A stretch of 64,000 bases of DNA, taken from a virus. A model generated the notes under the pieces. That model saw nothing but the letters and a program-made list of their open reading frames with translations, was not told the origin of the DNA and did not search any database. The first letter of the stretch is position 1; the number at the start of each line of letters is the position of its first letter. The stretch is from the IMG/VR virus record IMGVR_UViG_3300028299_000132, positions 1 to 64,000 of that record. One strand, written 5' to 3'. Below, in pieces: positions 1-10,639 of the stretch. The position numbers and the translations under genes were made by a program.

Positions 1-243
1 TAAGAATATTAGATATGGTGGTGATGAATTTGCTAGTTGGAGAAAGAGTAGTCATTCTGAGTTGAGAAATAATATTGTTAAAAAATTAATAGATGATGGT
101 TGGAAAACTGTCAAAATGACAAAATATTGATGGTCATAAAAGAATCCAACTTACAAATAGAAAATTAATAGATGTAGATTTAATAAATGTTAATGGAAAA
201 TTAAAATATATTGATTTCCACTGGTAAAAAATAATTATTATGA

Positions 244-1242
244 ATGATATTGATATCTTATGGAACACGACCAGAATATATAAAATTAAAACCATTAATA
301 AAAAAATTTGATGGTGTTATACCAATAAAAACAGTTTTCACTGGTCAACAAATGGATATTGTTGATAAGAATACTGATTATATATTGAATATAAGAGAGG
401 GTGATAATAGATTAGATTCTATTGTTCAGTCAATATTAAATAATGATTATTTATTTGAAGACATAGATTATGTGTTGGTACATGGTGATACAACTAGTGC
501 GATGGCGGTAGCGATAGCGGCATTTCATCGAAAAATAAAAATTATTCATTTAGAAGCTGGTCTTAGAACTTATGATATTCAAAATCCTTATCCAGAGGAG
601 TTTAATAGACAAATGATAGATAAACTATCTAGTATATTATTGTGTCCAACTGAAAATAATAAAAATAATCTAATTGATGAAAAATGTAATGGTGATATAT
701 ATGTTGTTGGTAATACTATTATAGATAATTTAACAGGATATAATAATAAATGTGGATATAATAATAAAGTACTCATCACACTTCATAGAAGAGAAAATCA
801 TAATGATATGGATAAATGGTTTTCTGAGATTTCTAAAATAGCTCTAGAGAATAAAGATTTAGAATTTATTATACCAATTCACCCAAATCCAAATGTATAT
901 AAACATAAAAATTTATTGAAAGGTATTAATGTTATTAAACCACTTAAATATGATGAAATGTTAAAAGAAATATCAGAGTGTTGTTTAGTCATATCTGATA
1001 GTGGTGGAATTCAGGAAGAAGTTTCATATTTTAACAAGAAGGTTATAGTGTGTAGAAAAGTAACAGAAAGGCCAGAAACTCTAGGGTCAAATAGTATTTT
1101 GTGTAAAACATATGATGAATTATATGATATATTTAATAGTATTAAAAATAATTTTGAAATTGATGCTGAAACACCATATGGTGATGGAAAAACATCAGAT
1201 AGAATATTAAAAATAATGAAAGAAGATTGTGGTTATAATTAA
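244..1242 (+). CDS. wecB: UDP-N-acetylglucosamine 2-epimerase (non-hydrolysing)
   Basis: GTRPE, TGQ, VHGDT, HLEAGLRT, PEEFNR, TLHRREN and SDSGGIQEE motifs. Confidence 0.93.
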   Translation: MILISYGTRPEYIKLKPLIKKFDGVIPIKTVFTGQQMDIVDKNTDYILNIREGDNRLDSIVQSILNNDYLFEDIDYVLVHGDTTSAMAVAIAAFHRKIKIIHLEAGLRTYDIQNPYPEEFNRQMIDKLSSILLCPTENNKNNLIDEKCNGDIYVVGNTIIDNLTGYNNKCGYNNKVLITLHRRENHNDMDKWFSEISKIALENKDLEFIIPIHPNPNVYKHKNLLKGINVIKPLKYDEMLKEISECCLVISDSGGIQEEVSYFNKKVIVCRKVTERPETLGSNSILCKTYDELYDIFNSIKNNFEIDAETPYGDGKTSDRILKIMKEDCGYN

Positions 1243-1993
1243 TTCATATGTTGGTAGATTTGGAAATAATATTTTACAATATTATAACCTAATTCAACTA
1301 TCAAAGTTTCTAGATGTTAACCCATCTTCTGTTTATTGGAATGATAGTGAAAATTTTAATGATATTATTGGGGAAACAAAATCAAATAGAAATTCCGTAA
1401 CATATCAGAAAAATATGAGTAAGAATTATTTAAAAGATATAATAAAAGAAAATAATCTTATTATAAATGGTGTTATGGGTGATTTATTTTTTGAATTTGA
1501 TGATATATCAACATTTGATGTTTTTAATTTAAAAATAAAACCAAATATAGAATATGAAAATTCCAAAACAGCGGTTCATTTCAGAGGTGGTGATTTCAGA
1601 CATTGGGCTAATGGAAATGGTATTTTACCTCTAGACTATTATATAAACTCCGTATCAATGGTATTAGAAGATGATAATGATACTAAATTTTATTTATATA
1701 CGGATGATAAAACTCTGAATAATTTCAATGGGTTAGTTGGTTATATGAGAGCAAATAATATAAATCACGAAATAAGTAATAATGATTATATACAAGATTT
1801 CTCTAATATATCAGATTGTGATTATATAATATCAAATCCATCAACATTTACTATATGTGCGTCATTTATTGGTAAACGAAACAAAAAGATAATACATTCA
1901 AACAAGTGGTTTGAATATGCTAAGAATGATATGTTTTGGAATAGATTAAACAATGGTGGAAATGGTGATTATAAATTATGGAAAAAAATATAA
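1229..1993 (+). CDS. Alpha-1,2-fucosyltransferase-like protein (GT11)
   Basis: GRFGN-x-LQY N-terminal motif, VHFRGGDF, and DF...I.SNPSTF. Confidence 0.8.
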   Translation: MVIINSYVGRFGNNILQYYNLIQLSKFLDVNPSSVYWNDSENFNDIIGETKSNRNSVTYQKNMSKNYLKDIIKENNLIINGVMGDLFFEFDDISTFDVFNLKIKPNIEYENSKTAVHFRGGDFRHWANGNGILPLDYYINSVSMVLEDDNDTKFYLYTDDKTLNNFNGLVGYMRANNINHEISNNDYIQDFSNISDCDYIISNPSTFTICASFIGKRNKKIIHSNKWFEYAKNDMFWNRLNNGGNGDYKLWKKI

Positions 1994-1997
1994 AATT

Positions 1998-2789
1998 ATG
2001 AAAATATTAAAAGTATACTTTTACACTGAACTAGAGATAAAATATTTGATATTGAATCTATTAGAATCATATGATTATATAGATAAACTCTTAATATTAG
2101 AATATAATACAACACATACTGGTGATAAAAAGGACTATATATGGGAGGATTATAAACATTTATTTCCAGAAGATAAAATGGATAAAGTTGAATATCACAC
2201 GATTGATTTATCTCATATAATAAAAAAGACTGATAATGAGGATATTATACACAAAGTAAATGAAAGATATATGAGAGGGTATTTTACAAAACTTATTGAT
2301 TTAAAAGATGATGATATAGTCGTATCGGTTGACGCGGATGAAATTATATACGGTGAAATGTATCCAAAATTATTTGATTATGTTGAAAAAAATGGTTTTT
2401 GTACTCTTAAAATGCATCAATTTTTTTATAGATATGATTATTTATGGTATGATAGTGAATGGATAGCACCAATAATTTCAAAATACAAATATCATAAGAA
2501 TGATTTTCCATCCAACTGGAGATATGGTGGAAATGTCACTGAAGACTTTGTTGGATGTCATTTTTCTTGGTGTATGAATGTTGATGATATGATTTATAAA
2601 TTAAATCACTATAGTCACTCACCAACTTATAAAAGATTCGCTGATAAAGAATTATTAGAAAACGCGATAAAAAATAAGATATATCCATTTGATTTGAAGA
2701 AAAAATTTAATATAAAAGTTTTGAATGATGAAGAAAAAGTAAAATATCTTCCTAAAAATTTTGAAAAAATAAATTTATTTAATGATTAA
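1998..2789 (+). CDS. GT17-like glycosyltransferase (beta-1,4-GlcNAc transferase-like)
   Basis: E-x-N-x-THTG, DDIVVSVDADEI and GCHFSW motifs; start moved to the ATG at 1998, just after the upstream stop. Confidence 0.75.
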   Translation: MKILKVYFYTELEIKYLILNLLESYDYIDKLLILEYNTTHTGDKKDYIWEDYKHLFPEDKMDKVEYHTIDLSHIIKKTDNEDIIHKVNERYMRGYFTKLIDLKDDDIVVSVDADEIIYGEMYPKLFDYVEKNGFCTLKMHQFFYRYDYLWYDSEWIAPIISKYKYHKNDFPSNWRYGGNVTEDFVGCHFSWCMNVDDMIYKLNHYSHSPTYKRFADKELLENAIKNKIYPFDLKKKFNIKVLNDEEKVKYLPKNFEKINLFND

Positions 2790-4152
2790 ATTAATAGTTT
2801 TTGACTTAGATGGCGTCCTAGTAACAACAAAAGAATTACATTATCATTCTTTGAATAAATCAATAGAATCAATTGATAGTAAGTATATTATAACTCTAAA
2901 TGAACATCATGAAAAATATGATGGATTACCAACTAGTAGAAAACTTCAAATGTTGACTGTTGAAAAAGGTTTACCAGAAAAATATCATAATCAAATATAT
3001 AGAGATAAACAGAAATATACATTTGATTTAATAAGAGAACAAATAAAAAGAGATGACAGACTAATATCTATTCTTAAACAGTTAAAAGATGATGGATATA
3101 TGGTTTATGTCGCTAGTAACGCGATTCGGGAGACCGTGAAACTTCTTTTATATCATAGTGGACTAATGGAATATGTTGACTATTTTATATCAAATGAGGA
3201 TGTAAAAAATTCTAAACCGAATTCCGAGATTTATCTACGATGTATGACACATTCTGGTGTAAATCCTGATGAAACACTAATCATAGAAGACTCTCCTCGT
3301 GGTATAGAAGCAGCAAGAAACTCTAAGGCACATTTACTTATGGTAAAGAACCCAAATGACGTATCATATGAAAAAATAATTAATTCTATGAAGATTAAAA
3401 ACAAAAATAAATTTAAAATTAATAATTTAAATATTCTTATTCCGATGGCGGGTTTGGGTAGCAGATTTGAAGAAGCCAATTATACGTTTCCTAAACCATT
3501 GATAGATATTTATGGCAAACCAATGATTCAACTAGTTATAGAAAATCTTGGAATAGAAGCAAATTATATTTATGTTGTTCGAAAGGAACATTGTGAAAGA
3601 TTTAATTTAAAAACTTTATTAAATATTATGACTCCTGATTGCAAAATTGTAGAAGTGAACGAAGTAACATCTGGAAGTGCTTGCACGACTTTAATGTCAG
3701 AAAAATTCATAAATAATGATGATATGCTTATGATAGCGAATTCAGATCAATTCATTCAATGGGATCCAATAAATTTTTATTATAAGATGATAGAAACAAA
3801 AGCTGACGGGGGGATACTAACATTTGAATCCATCCACCCAAAATGGTCGTATGCCAAGTTAAATGAAAATGGAATAGTTGAATGTGTTGCTGAAAAAAAT
3901 CCAATATCAAATCATGCAACAGTTGGAATTTATTGGTATTCTAGAGGATCTGATTATGTAAAATATGCTAAACAAATGATAGAAAAAAATATCAGAGTTA
4001 ATGGTGAATTTTATGTTTGTCCCATTTTTAATGAATATATTTTAGATAATAAAAAAATAATTACTTATGATGTTGATAAAATGATGGGATTGGGTGATCC
4101 GGAATCTTTGGAATTTTTTTTAAAAGAATATAAAAACTATGAAAAAGTTTAA
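2782..4152 (+). CDS. HAD phosphatase fused to sugar nucleotidyltransferase
   Basis: FDLDGVL...KP...IEDS (HAD domain), then IPMAGLGSRF...PKPLI and EKNPIS (NTP transferase domain). Confidence 0.88.
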   Translation: MIKLIVFDLDGVLVTTKELHYHSLNKSIESIDSKYIITLNEHHEKYDGLPTSRKLQMLTVEKGLPEKYHNQIYRDKQKYTFDLIREQIKRDDRLISILKQLKDDGYMVYVASNAIRETVKLLLYHSGLMEYVDYFISNEDVKNSKPNSEIYLRCMTHSGVNPDETLIIEDSPRGIEAARNSKAHLLMVKNPNDVSYEKIINSMKIKNKNKFKINNLNILIPMAGLGSRFEEANYTFPKPLIDIYGKPMIQLVIENLGIEANYIYVVRKEHCERFNLKTLLNIMTPDCKIVEVNEVTSGSACTTLMSEKFINNDDMLMIANSDQFIQWDPINFYYKMIETKADGGILTFESIHPKWSYAKLNENGIVECVAEKNPISNHATVGIYWYSRGSDYVKYAKQMIEKNIRVNGEFYVCPIFNEYILDNKKIITYDVDKMMGLGDPESLEFFLKEYKNYEKV

Positions 4153-4459
4153 TTTAAATGATTTTATTAAAGGTTGGTTCGTTGGCTGCTTTGAACCAAC
4201 GATATCTAAAACACCACATTTTGAGGTCGCGATTAAAAGGTATAACAAGGGAGAATATGAAAGTTCACATATTCATAAGATTTCTCAGGAAATTACAGTT
4301 ATAATAGAAGGTGAAGTTGAAATGAATGGTGAGAAATATAAAAAAAATGATATACTACTTATAAGTCCAAATGAAAGTACGGATTTTAAGTGTTTAACAG
4401 ATGTTATAACATGTGTTGTAAAAATACCATCTATAAAAAATGATAAATATGTATTATGA
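4139..4459 (+). CDS. Cupin-fold protein
   Basis: KGWFVG-x-F, HIHKISQEITVIIEG cupin motif; located in a sugar-modification cluster. Confidence 0.75.
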   Translation: MKKFNLNDFIKGWFVGCFEPTISKTPHFEVAIKRYNKGEYESSHIHKISQEITVIIEGEVEMNGEKYKKNDILLISPNESTDFKCLTDVITCVVKIPSIKNDKYVL

Positions 4460-4551
4460 TAAAAGTATATTATAACATTATATCATTTTATATGATTTTA
4501 TTTAACTATGAAAATGGATTTTTCCACTTTCATCAAAAAATATTAAAATAA

Positions 4552-5022
4552 ATGATTAACATATCACATAGAGGAAACTTAGATGGTAAAAATGAAAAAA
4601 GAGAAAATCATCCAGATTATATTTTAGAAGCTATAAATAAAGGTTATCAAGTAGAAGTTGATATATGGTATGTTGATGGTATATGGTATCTAGGACATGA
4701 TTTACCAATTTATAGAATAGATTTTGATTTTATAGACCAATATAGCATATCAGAACATTTATGGTTACACACTAAGAATTTTGAAGCGTTAAAAGAATTA
4801 TCAAAAATGAAAAATGATTTGTATATGTCTTGGTTTAGATATTTTTGGCACCAAACGGATGATTTTACATTGACATCAAATGGATATATATGGACTTATC
4901 CAGGTAAAGATTTAAATGAGAATTCCATATGTGTTTTACCAGAACAAAACAATTATTCATTAGAAGATATAGAAATTTGTTATGGTGTATGTAGTGATTA
5001 CATATTGAAATATGAAGAATAA
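4552..5022 (+). CDS. GDPD/PLC-like phosphodiesterase
   Basis: ISHRGN, ENHP, VEVDIW, LGHD, WLH-x-KN motifs. Confidence 0.75.
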   Translation: MINISHRGNLDGKNEKRENHPDYILEAINKGYQVEVDIWYVDGIWYLGHDLPIYRIDFDFIDQYSISEHLWLHTKNFEALKELSKMKNDLYMSWFRYFWHQTDDFTLTSNGYIWTYPGKDLNENSICVLPEQNNYSLEDIEICYGVCSDYILKYEE

Positions 5023-5047
5023 TATATAAAAAATAATAAATACAATT

Positions 5048-7225
5048 ATGAAGACAGCGTTGATAACAGGTGTGAGTGGCCAAGATGGGTCATACTTATC
5101 AGAATTTTTATTAGATAAGGGATATAAAGTATATGGGATTGTTCGTAGATCATCAGTTCCTGAAAACCAATCATATAGAGTTAATCATCTTTACGATAAT
5201 CCAAATTTTAAATTAGAATATGGTGATTTAGAGGATATTCCATCGTTAGTTCATGTTATTCAAAGAGTAAAGCCACAAGAAATATATAACCTAGCAGCTC
5301 AATCACATGTTAGAATTTCATTTGATGAACCAATATATACCTGTACCGCGAACGCGATTGGGACATTAAATTTATTGGAATCAATTAGAATGACAGATAC
5401 AACGATTCGTATGTATCAAGCGTCTAGTAGTGAGATGTTTGGAAATAATATAGATAGTGATGGATATCAAAGAGAAACAACACCTATGAATCCAGTTAGT
5501 CCATATGGATGTTCTAAAGTATTTTGTTACAATATAACTAGAAATTATAGAAATTCTTATGGATTATTTTTAACCAACGGTATACTTTTTAACCATGAGA
5601 CGATAGCAGGTTTTATGCCAATGATTTATAAAGAAAAAATAGATGGTGAGATTGATATAAAACCAATATCAGAAATTGTAAAATATCACATATCTGATAA
5701 AATGTTATTTGATGAAAATAATAAGAAATATCAAGGATTTAATGTTGATAAAGATTTATTTGTATGGGATAATAATAACTGGACAAAAGTAAAATACGCA
5801 TCATGTTATATACATGATATTGAAAATGATAATAAAAAACCAAAATTCATAGTGTCAAAAAATGCCGCGTATATGGCGAGTGAAAATCATGTGTGTATAA
5901 TGAATAATGGTGAGAAAGAATTTAAAGATATAGAAATAGGTGATCGTGTAAATATTATAAATTATCCAATTAATGATAACTTGAATTATGTGTTATCCGA
6001 AGAAGAATCTGAACTTATTGGATTTATTGTTGGTGATGGATATTTAAATAAAAATAAGAAATTGAGGTTAATATCTAAAGATCCAAATGATTTAGAAAAG
6101 TATTCTAAGTTATGGATAGAAATGGGTGGTACTGTTCATAAATATCAAGGTGTATCAGGATTCAATAAGAATGAAAAAATATGGTATTTTAATTTAAATG
6201 GTAATAAGGAATGGATTGATAAATATCTTTCGGATATTTATGATGAATATCATAAAAAAAGAATACCAAAAATTATATTAAATTCACCTAAAAACATACA
6301 ATTGAGTTTTTTGAATGGATATAATGATGCAGATGGTTTGAAATCAAATCCCTCTAAGTATAAATTTAGAAATTTTAAAACAAATTCAGCGACATTAGCA
6401 TCTGGTTTAATCTATTTATTAAAAAATACAACTAATCAAGAATATAATATAAATGTAGAATATATTTTTAAATATGGTGAAAATAGAATTTATTATTCAA
6501 TAAATATTTTAAGTGATTCTAATAAAGGCCAAAATCATAGAAATAATATTTTAAAATATGAAAAAGTGATTGAACTTTTAAATAAAGGATATTCACAGAG
6601 AAAAATAGAAAGAGATTATAAAATTAATAGAGGATTTATTAGGAAAATACAAAATGGATATATTCCAAATAATGGACATCATCTATCTATTGAAAATGAT
6701 AAAGTAAAAAAAATAATAGAAATGCATGATTATGATGGGTGGTTTTTTGATTTAGAAACGGAGAGTGGCACATTTCATTGTGGAATAGGACAAGGACATG
6801 TTCATAATAGCCCAAGAAGAGGTATTAATTTTGTTACAAATAAAGTATGTAAGATCGCGGTAGAAATAAAAAATGGTATATCAAATGAGTTGAAACTAGG
6901 CAACCTAGATGCTACTAGGGATTGGGGGCACGCGAAAGATTATGTTCGTGCTATGTGGATGATACTTCAACAGGAAAAACCAGATGATTTTGTTTGTGCG
7001 ACAGGAAAATCACATTCTGTTAAAGATTTAGTAAAATATGTTTTTGGAAAATTAGATTTAGACTGGGAGAAATATGTAACAGTTGATGAAAAATATCTAA
7101 GGCCAGAAGAATTAAAAGATTTAAAAGGTGATTCAACAAAATTAAGAAAACAATTGGATTGGGAACCAACATATACATTTGAAACTATGTTAGATGAAAT
7201 GATAGATTATTGGTTAAAAAAATAA
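5048..7225 (+). CDS. gmd: GDP-mannose 4,6-dehydratase containing an intein
   Basis: ALITGVSGQDGSYL, NLAAQSHV, QASSSEMFG, SPYGCSK, GILFNHE//SPRRG and RDWGHAKDYV motifs. Confidence 0.95.
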   Translation: MKTALITGVSGQDGSYLSEFLLDKGYKVYGIVRRSSVPENQSYRVNHLYDNPNFKLEYGDLEDIPSLVHVIQRVKPQEIYNLAAQSHVRISFDEPIYTCTANAIGTLNLLESIRMTDTTIRMYQASSSEMFGNNIDSDGYQRETTPMNPVSPYGCSKVFCYNITRNYRNSYGLFLTNGILFNHETIAGFMPMIYKEKIDGEIDIKPISEIVKYHISDKMLFDENNKKYQGFNVDKDLFVWDNNNWTKVKYASCYIHDIENDNKKPKFIVSKNAAYMASENHVCIMNNGEKEFKDIEIGDRVNIINYPINDNLNYVLSEEESELIGFIVGDGYLNKNKKLRLISKDPNDLEKYSKLWIEMGGTVHKYQGVSGFNKNEKIWYFNLNGNKEWIDKYLSDIYDEYHKKRIPKIILNSPKNIQLSFLNGYNDADGLKSNPSKYKFRNFKTNSATLASGLIYLLKNTTNQEYNINVEYIFKYGENRIYYSINILSDSNKGQNHRNNILKYEKVIELLNKGYSQRKIERDYKINRGFIRKIQNGYIPNNGHHLSIENDKVKKIIEMHDYDGWFFDLETESGTFHCGIGQGHVHNSPRRGINFVTNKVCKIAVEIKNGISNELKLGNLDATRDWGHAKDYVRAMWMILQQEKPDDFVCATGKSHSVKDLVKYVFGKLDLDWEKYVTVDEKYLRPEELKDLKGDSTKLRKQLDWEPTYTFETMLDEMIDYWLKK
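5600..6808 (+). mobile_element. Intein with LAGLIDADG homing endonuclease (403 aa) in gmd
   Basis: Insert splits the conserved NHE|SPRRG; ends HVHN before Ser+1; LIGFIVGDG and FLNGYNDADG motifs; block F FFDLET. Confidence 0.92.
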
Positions 7226-7232
7226 AACAAAA

Positions 7233-9146
7233 ATGATAAAAATATTATTATCAGATGATAAGGAATATATTTTAGAAACATTAGAAATGATTATAGAAGA
7301 ATATATCCCAAATTGTATAATATATAAATCAACTTCTGGAAATCAATGTATTGAATTAGCTAAAAAGTATAAACCAGACTTGATAATAATAGATTATTTT
7401 ATGCCAAAATTGAATGGATGTGAAATTTGTAAGATAATAAAGAATGATTACGAAATAAAATACATACCAATAATATTTATAACTGGTGAAAAAATTTCAT
7501 TAGAAGAAAGAATTGATGGACTAAATATAGGAGCGGACGCGTTCGTTTTTAAACCAATAGAAGATGTTGGTGAATTTATAGCTCAAATAAATGTTATGTT
7601 ACGCATAAAAAACATGGAAGACAAACTGAGAGAAAATCAAGAATTGTTATCATCAAAATATTCAAAATTATTTGAAAATATGATGGATGGATTCGCTTTA
7701 CACGAGATGGTTTTAGATGATAATGGAAATCCCATAGATTATATCTATATGGAGATTAATGAGTCATTCAAAAAACAGGTTGGTATAGAAAAGATTGTTG
7801 GAAAGAGTGTATTGGAATTATTTCCAGGTATGGATAGAGATTGGATTGATATTTATGGAAAAGTAGCGTTAAATGGTGAAGAAATTAGATTTGAAAGATA
7901 TTTTAAACCACTAAATAAATGGTTTTCCATAACAACATTTTCACCAATAAAGAATTTTTTTGTTACAATAAGTTCTGATATAACAGAAAAGAAGGAATCA
8001 TCAGAACAACTAAGAATATTAGTATCAAAATTAAATGAAGAAAAAAACAGAGCGGAAAAATCAGATAGATTAAAATCCTCGTTTCTCGCGAATATTAGTC
8101 ATGAAATTCGAACACCTTTAAATTCAATAGTTGGATTCTCTAGATTATTACTTATGGTTGGAAGGGGTGAAAGAAGAAAGTATGTAAATATAATAGAAAA
8201 AAATTCAGAAATGTTATTAAATTTAATAGATGATATAATAGATTTATCAAAAATAGAATCTAGACAGATAAAGTTAAGGAATGATAGATGTAATTTATTA
8301 GGAATAATAAATGAGGTTCATATGTCAAATACTAGTAAAGATGATGTTAAATTTTATGTAGATGAAGGTCTGACTAACACGGTTATATATACGGATGAAT
8401 TCAGATTAAAACAAATTTTAAATAACCTTATCACAAATTCTATAAAATTTACAGATGATGGACATGTTAAAATAGGATATAAGTTAGAACCAAAAAATAT
8501 ACTATTTTATGTTGAAGATACTGGAATGGGTATTTCAGAGAAAGATAAAGATTATGTTTTTGAAAGATTTACTCAGTTAAACGAAAAAGATAATAGAGAA
8601 TATGGTGGAACTGGTCTTGGATTATCCATTTGTAAAAAAATAGTTGACATTTTAGGTGGTAAAATTTGGTTTGAGTCTGAGGTTGGTAAGGGAACAACAT
8701 TTTATTTTACAATACCATCAGATTATGTTCAAAAGATAAATAATGAGTATGATAGAATTAAAAAGCAACAAAAGAAAAAATATAATTGGAAGGGTAGAAA
8801 AATTCTAATTATAGACGATGATGATTATAGTTCAATGTTAATATCAAGAATATTAGAAAAAACCAATGTTCAAATTAGTTCCGTGGAATCTGCGATTGAG
8901 GCGTTGGTTATGATAGATAAAGAAAAATTTGATGCTATATTATCAGATATAAAATTATCAGATATGAATGGATTTGAGTTAGTTAAGAGAATAAAAATAA
9001 AAACAAATATACCCGTTATCGCTCAAACCGCATACGCGATGATGGATAAACGATCCGAAGCGATAGAAAGTGGGTTTGATGATTATTTAATAAAACCTAT
9101 AGATACATATAAGTTAATAAATACATTAAGTAAATATTTTGATTAA
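7233..9146 (+). CDS. Hybrid sensor histidine kinase (REC-PAS-HisKA-HATPase-REC)
   Basis: N- and C-terminal receiver domains, H-box SHEIRTPLN, N-box NLITNSIKF, DTGMG and GGTGLGL. Confidence 0.93.
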   Translation: MIKILLSDDKEYILETLEMIIEEYIPNCIIYKSTSGNQCIELAKKYKPDLIIIDYFMPKLNGCEICKIIKNDYEIKYIPIIFITGEKISLEERIDGLNIGADAFVFKPIEDVGEFIAQINVMLRIKNMEDKLRENQELLSSKYSKLFENMMDGFALHEMVLDDNGNPIDYIYMEINESFKKQVGIEKIVGKSVLELFPGMDRDWIDIYGKVALNGEEIRFERYFKPLNKWFSITTFSPIKNFFVTISSDITEKKESSEQLRILVSKLNEEKNRAEKSDRLKSSFLANISHEIRTPLNSIVGFSRLLLMVGRGERRKYVNIIEKNSEMLLNLIDDIIDLSKIESRQIKLRNDRCNLLGIINEVHMSNTSKDDVKFYVDEGLTNTVIYTDEFRLKQILNNLITNSIKFTDDGHVKIGYKLEPKNILFYVEDTGMGISEKDKDYVFERFTQLNEKDNREYGGTGLGLSICKKIVDILGGKIWFESEVGKGTTFYFTIPSDYVQKINNEYDRIKKQQKKKYNWKGRKILIIDDDDYSSMLISRILEKTNVQISSVESAIEALVMIDKEKFDAILSDIKLSDMNGFELVKRIKIKTNIPVIAQTAYAMMDKRSEAIESGFDDYLIKPIDTYKLINTLSKYFD

Positions 9147-9153
9147 AATAGGA

Positions 9154-9504
9154 TTATTCTATTTCATTTTTTAATTCAGTAAAACTTGTTGAATCTATAT
9201 CAACATCATCTAATGTATCTATTATATCATTGATAGTTTCTATTATTCCATTTTTAAATATTAGAAATTCATCAGATTTCAAATAAAGAATTTTTAATTT
9301 ATTATTTATCCATTCAAATGGATTTTTATTCCCACATATTCTATTATATTTATCAATGTTGTTTATATAAATATCAGATATTCTATAAATAACATTTTTA
9401 TAAAATTCTAAAGAATCTAAAGCCTTACTCTCTTGATTTTTTTTTAAAAATTCTAATATAACTTGTGTATTTAAATCTAAAATATTAAATATTGAACTTT
9501 TCAT
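9154..9504 (-). CDS. Hypothetical protein
   Basis: ORF only. Confidence 0.6.
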   Translation of the reverse strand: MKSSIFNILDLNTQVILEFLKKNQESKALDSLEFYKNVIYRISDIYINNIDKYNRICGNKNPFEWINNKLKILYLKSDEFLIFKNGIIETINDIIDTLDDVDIDSTSFTELKNEIE

Positions 9505-9566
9505 AGATATTTTATTCTTTTATTATTAAATATACATTATTTTATAATTATTAAAAAATATTTTGA

Positions 9567-10070
9567 TTAATTTATTCCTTTATTAGACCAGATATTAAAT
9601 CCGTCTTTTTCTCCCTCATATTTATAATTGGATGATTGTGATAAGATTCTTATTATTTCTTGACGAGTAAACATATTTTCAAAAGTATAATTTAAATCTT
9701 CTTTGTTTATAAAAGATATTGGTTTTATATCTATGCCATAAATATTTAACATATTTGGTAAGTTTGAATATAATTCTTGCATTGATAATAATACAAGATT
9801 CTCTTTTATTTTTTCATTCATCTGATTTTCTTCTAGTACCATAACATTAAACGCGACACGATTGTTGTTTAGAATATCACCTGTTAAATCATTAACTTTA
9901 AATATATGATTTTTAGAGTCTTCCAAATCAATATAATCCTCATATGTGTTAAAGAAACTAGCTATAATGTTTTTATATGAATCATCCGCTGGTTCTATTT
10001 CAGTGAGAAATTCGCTGACTTTTATCCCAGGTATTACTATGCTTTCAAAATATTGTTCCCAATTTTTCAT
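9567..10070 (-). CDS. Hypothetical protein with leader MKNWEQYFES
   Basis: ORF with the shared N-terminal motif. Confidence 0.65.
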   Translation of the reverse strand: MKNWEQYFESIVIPGIKVSEFLTEIEPADDSYKNIIASFFNTYEDYIDLEDSKNHIFKVNDLTGDILNNNRVAFNVMVLEENQMNEKIKENLVLLSMQELYSNLPNMLNIYGIDIKPISFINKEDLNYTFENMFTRQEIIRILSQSSNYKYEGEKDGFNIWSNKGIN

Positions 10071-10438
10071 TATATCATCCCTTTTTCTTTTAGATATTCC
10101 GTTACTTTTCTAACAATAAACTTTGGATACATTTCTCTTTCTTTCATTGGTATTACATAAAGTATTTTATATCTATATTCTTCAAAATCAAATTTTTCAC
10201 CTACTGTTAATATACCTAATGATATCATTATTCCCTCCATAAATCCTAACATTCTCCAACCACTAATTGAGTTGTCAATAACATTTCCAGATGGACCAGG
10301 TTTTGATATATCATCTTTATAAAACCAATATTTCTTTGATAATCCTTGTTTGTATTTATTTAATGTATTTAATAAGATAGTATCCAATTCATCATCAGAT
10401 AGTGCTTCGTTTATAAAGAAATTTTCAAATTTTTTCAT
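10070..10438 (-). CDS. Hypothetical protein with leader MKKFENFFINE
   Basis: ORF with the shared N-terminal motif. Confidence 0.65.
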   Translation of the reverse strand: MKKFENFFINEALSDDELDTILLNTLNKYKQGLSKKYWFYKDDISKPGPSGNVIDNSISGWRMLGFMEGIMISLGILTVGEKFDFEEYRYKILYVIPMKEREMYPKFIVRKVTEYLKEKGMI

Positions 10439-10441
10439 TGT

Positions 10442-10639
10442 TTAAAATATTTTTTTAATGTAATATTTATTATCAATATCAATATCCATTTCTTTGTGAA
10501 TATTCACATCAACTTCTATACCATTTAATTTTAATTCTGTTTCTAGTTTAGCCAAATAATTAACAAGTCTAGACAAGTTATCATCTCTAGAATCGTAATC
10601 GGAATATTCGTTTAGACTAAAAAATTTATCCTCTTTCAT
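10442..10639 (-). CDS. Small hypothetical protein
   Basis: Tightly packed ORF in a run of minus-strand genes. Confidence 0.55.
   Translation of the reverse strand: MKEDKFFSLNEYSDYDSRDDNLSRLVNYLAKLETELKLNGIEVDVNIHKEMDIDIDNKYYIKKIF

Noticed and set aside
1-227. Partial CDS at the window edge with an apparent frame change near 120
   Set aside because: It is too short and truncated to assign, or to distinguish two genes from a frameshift
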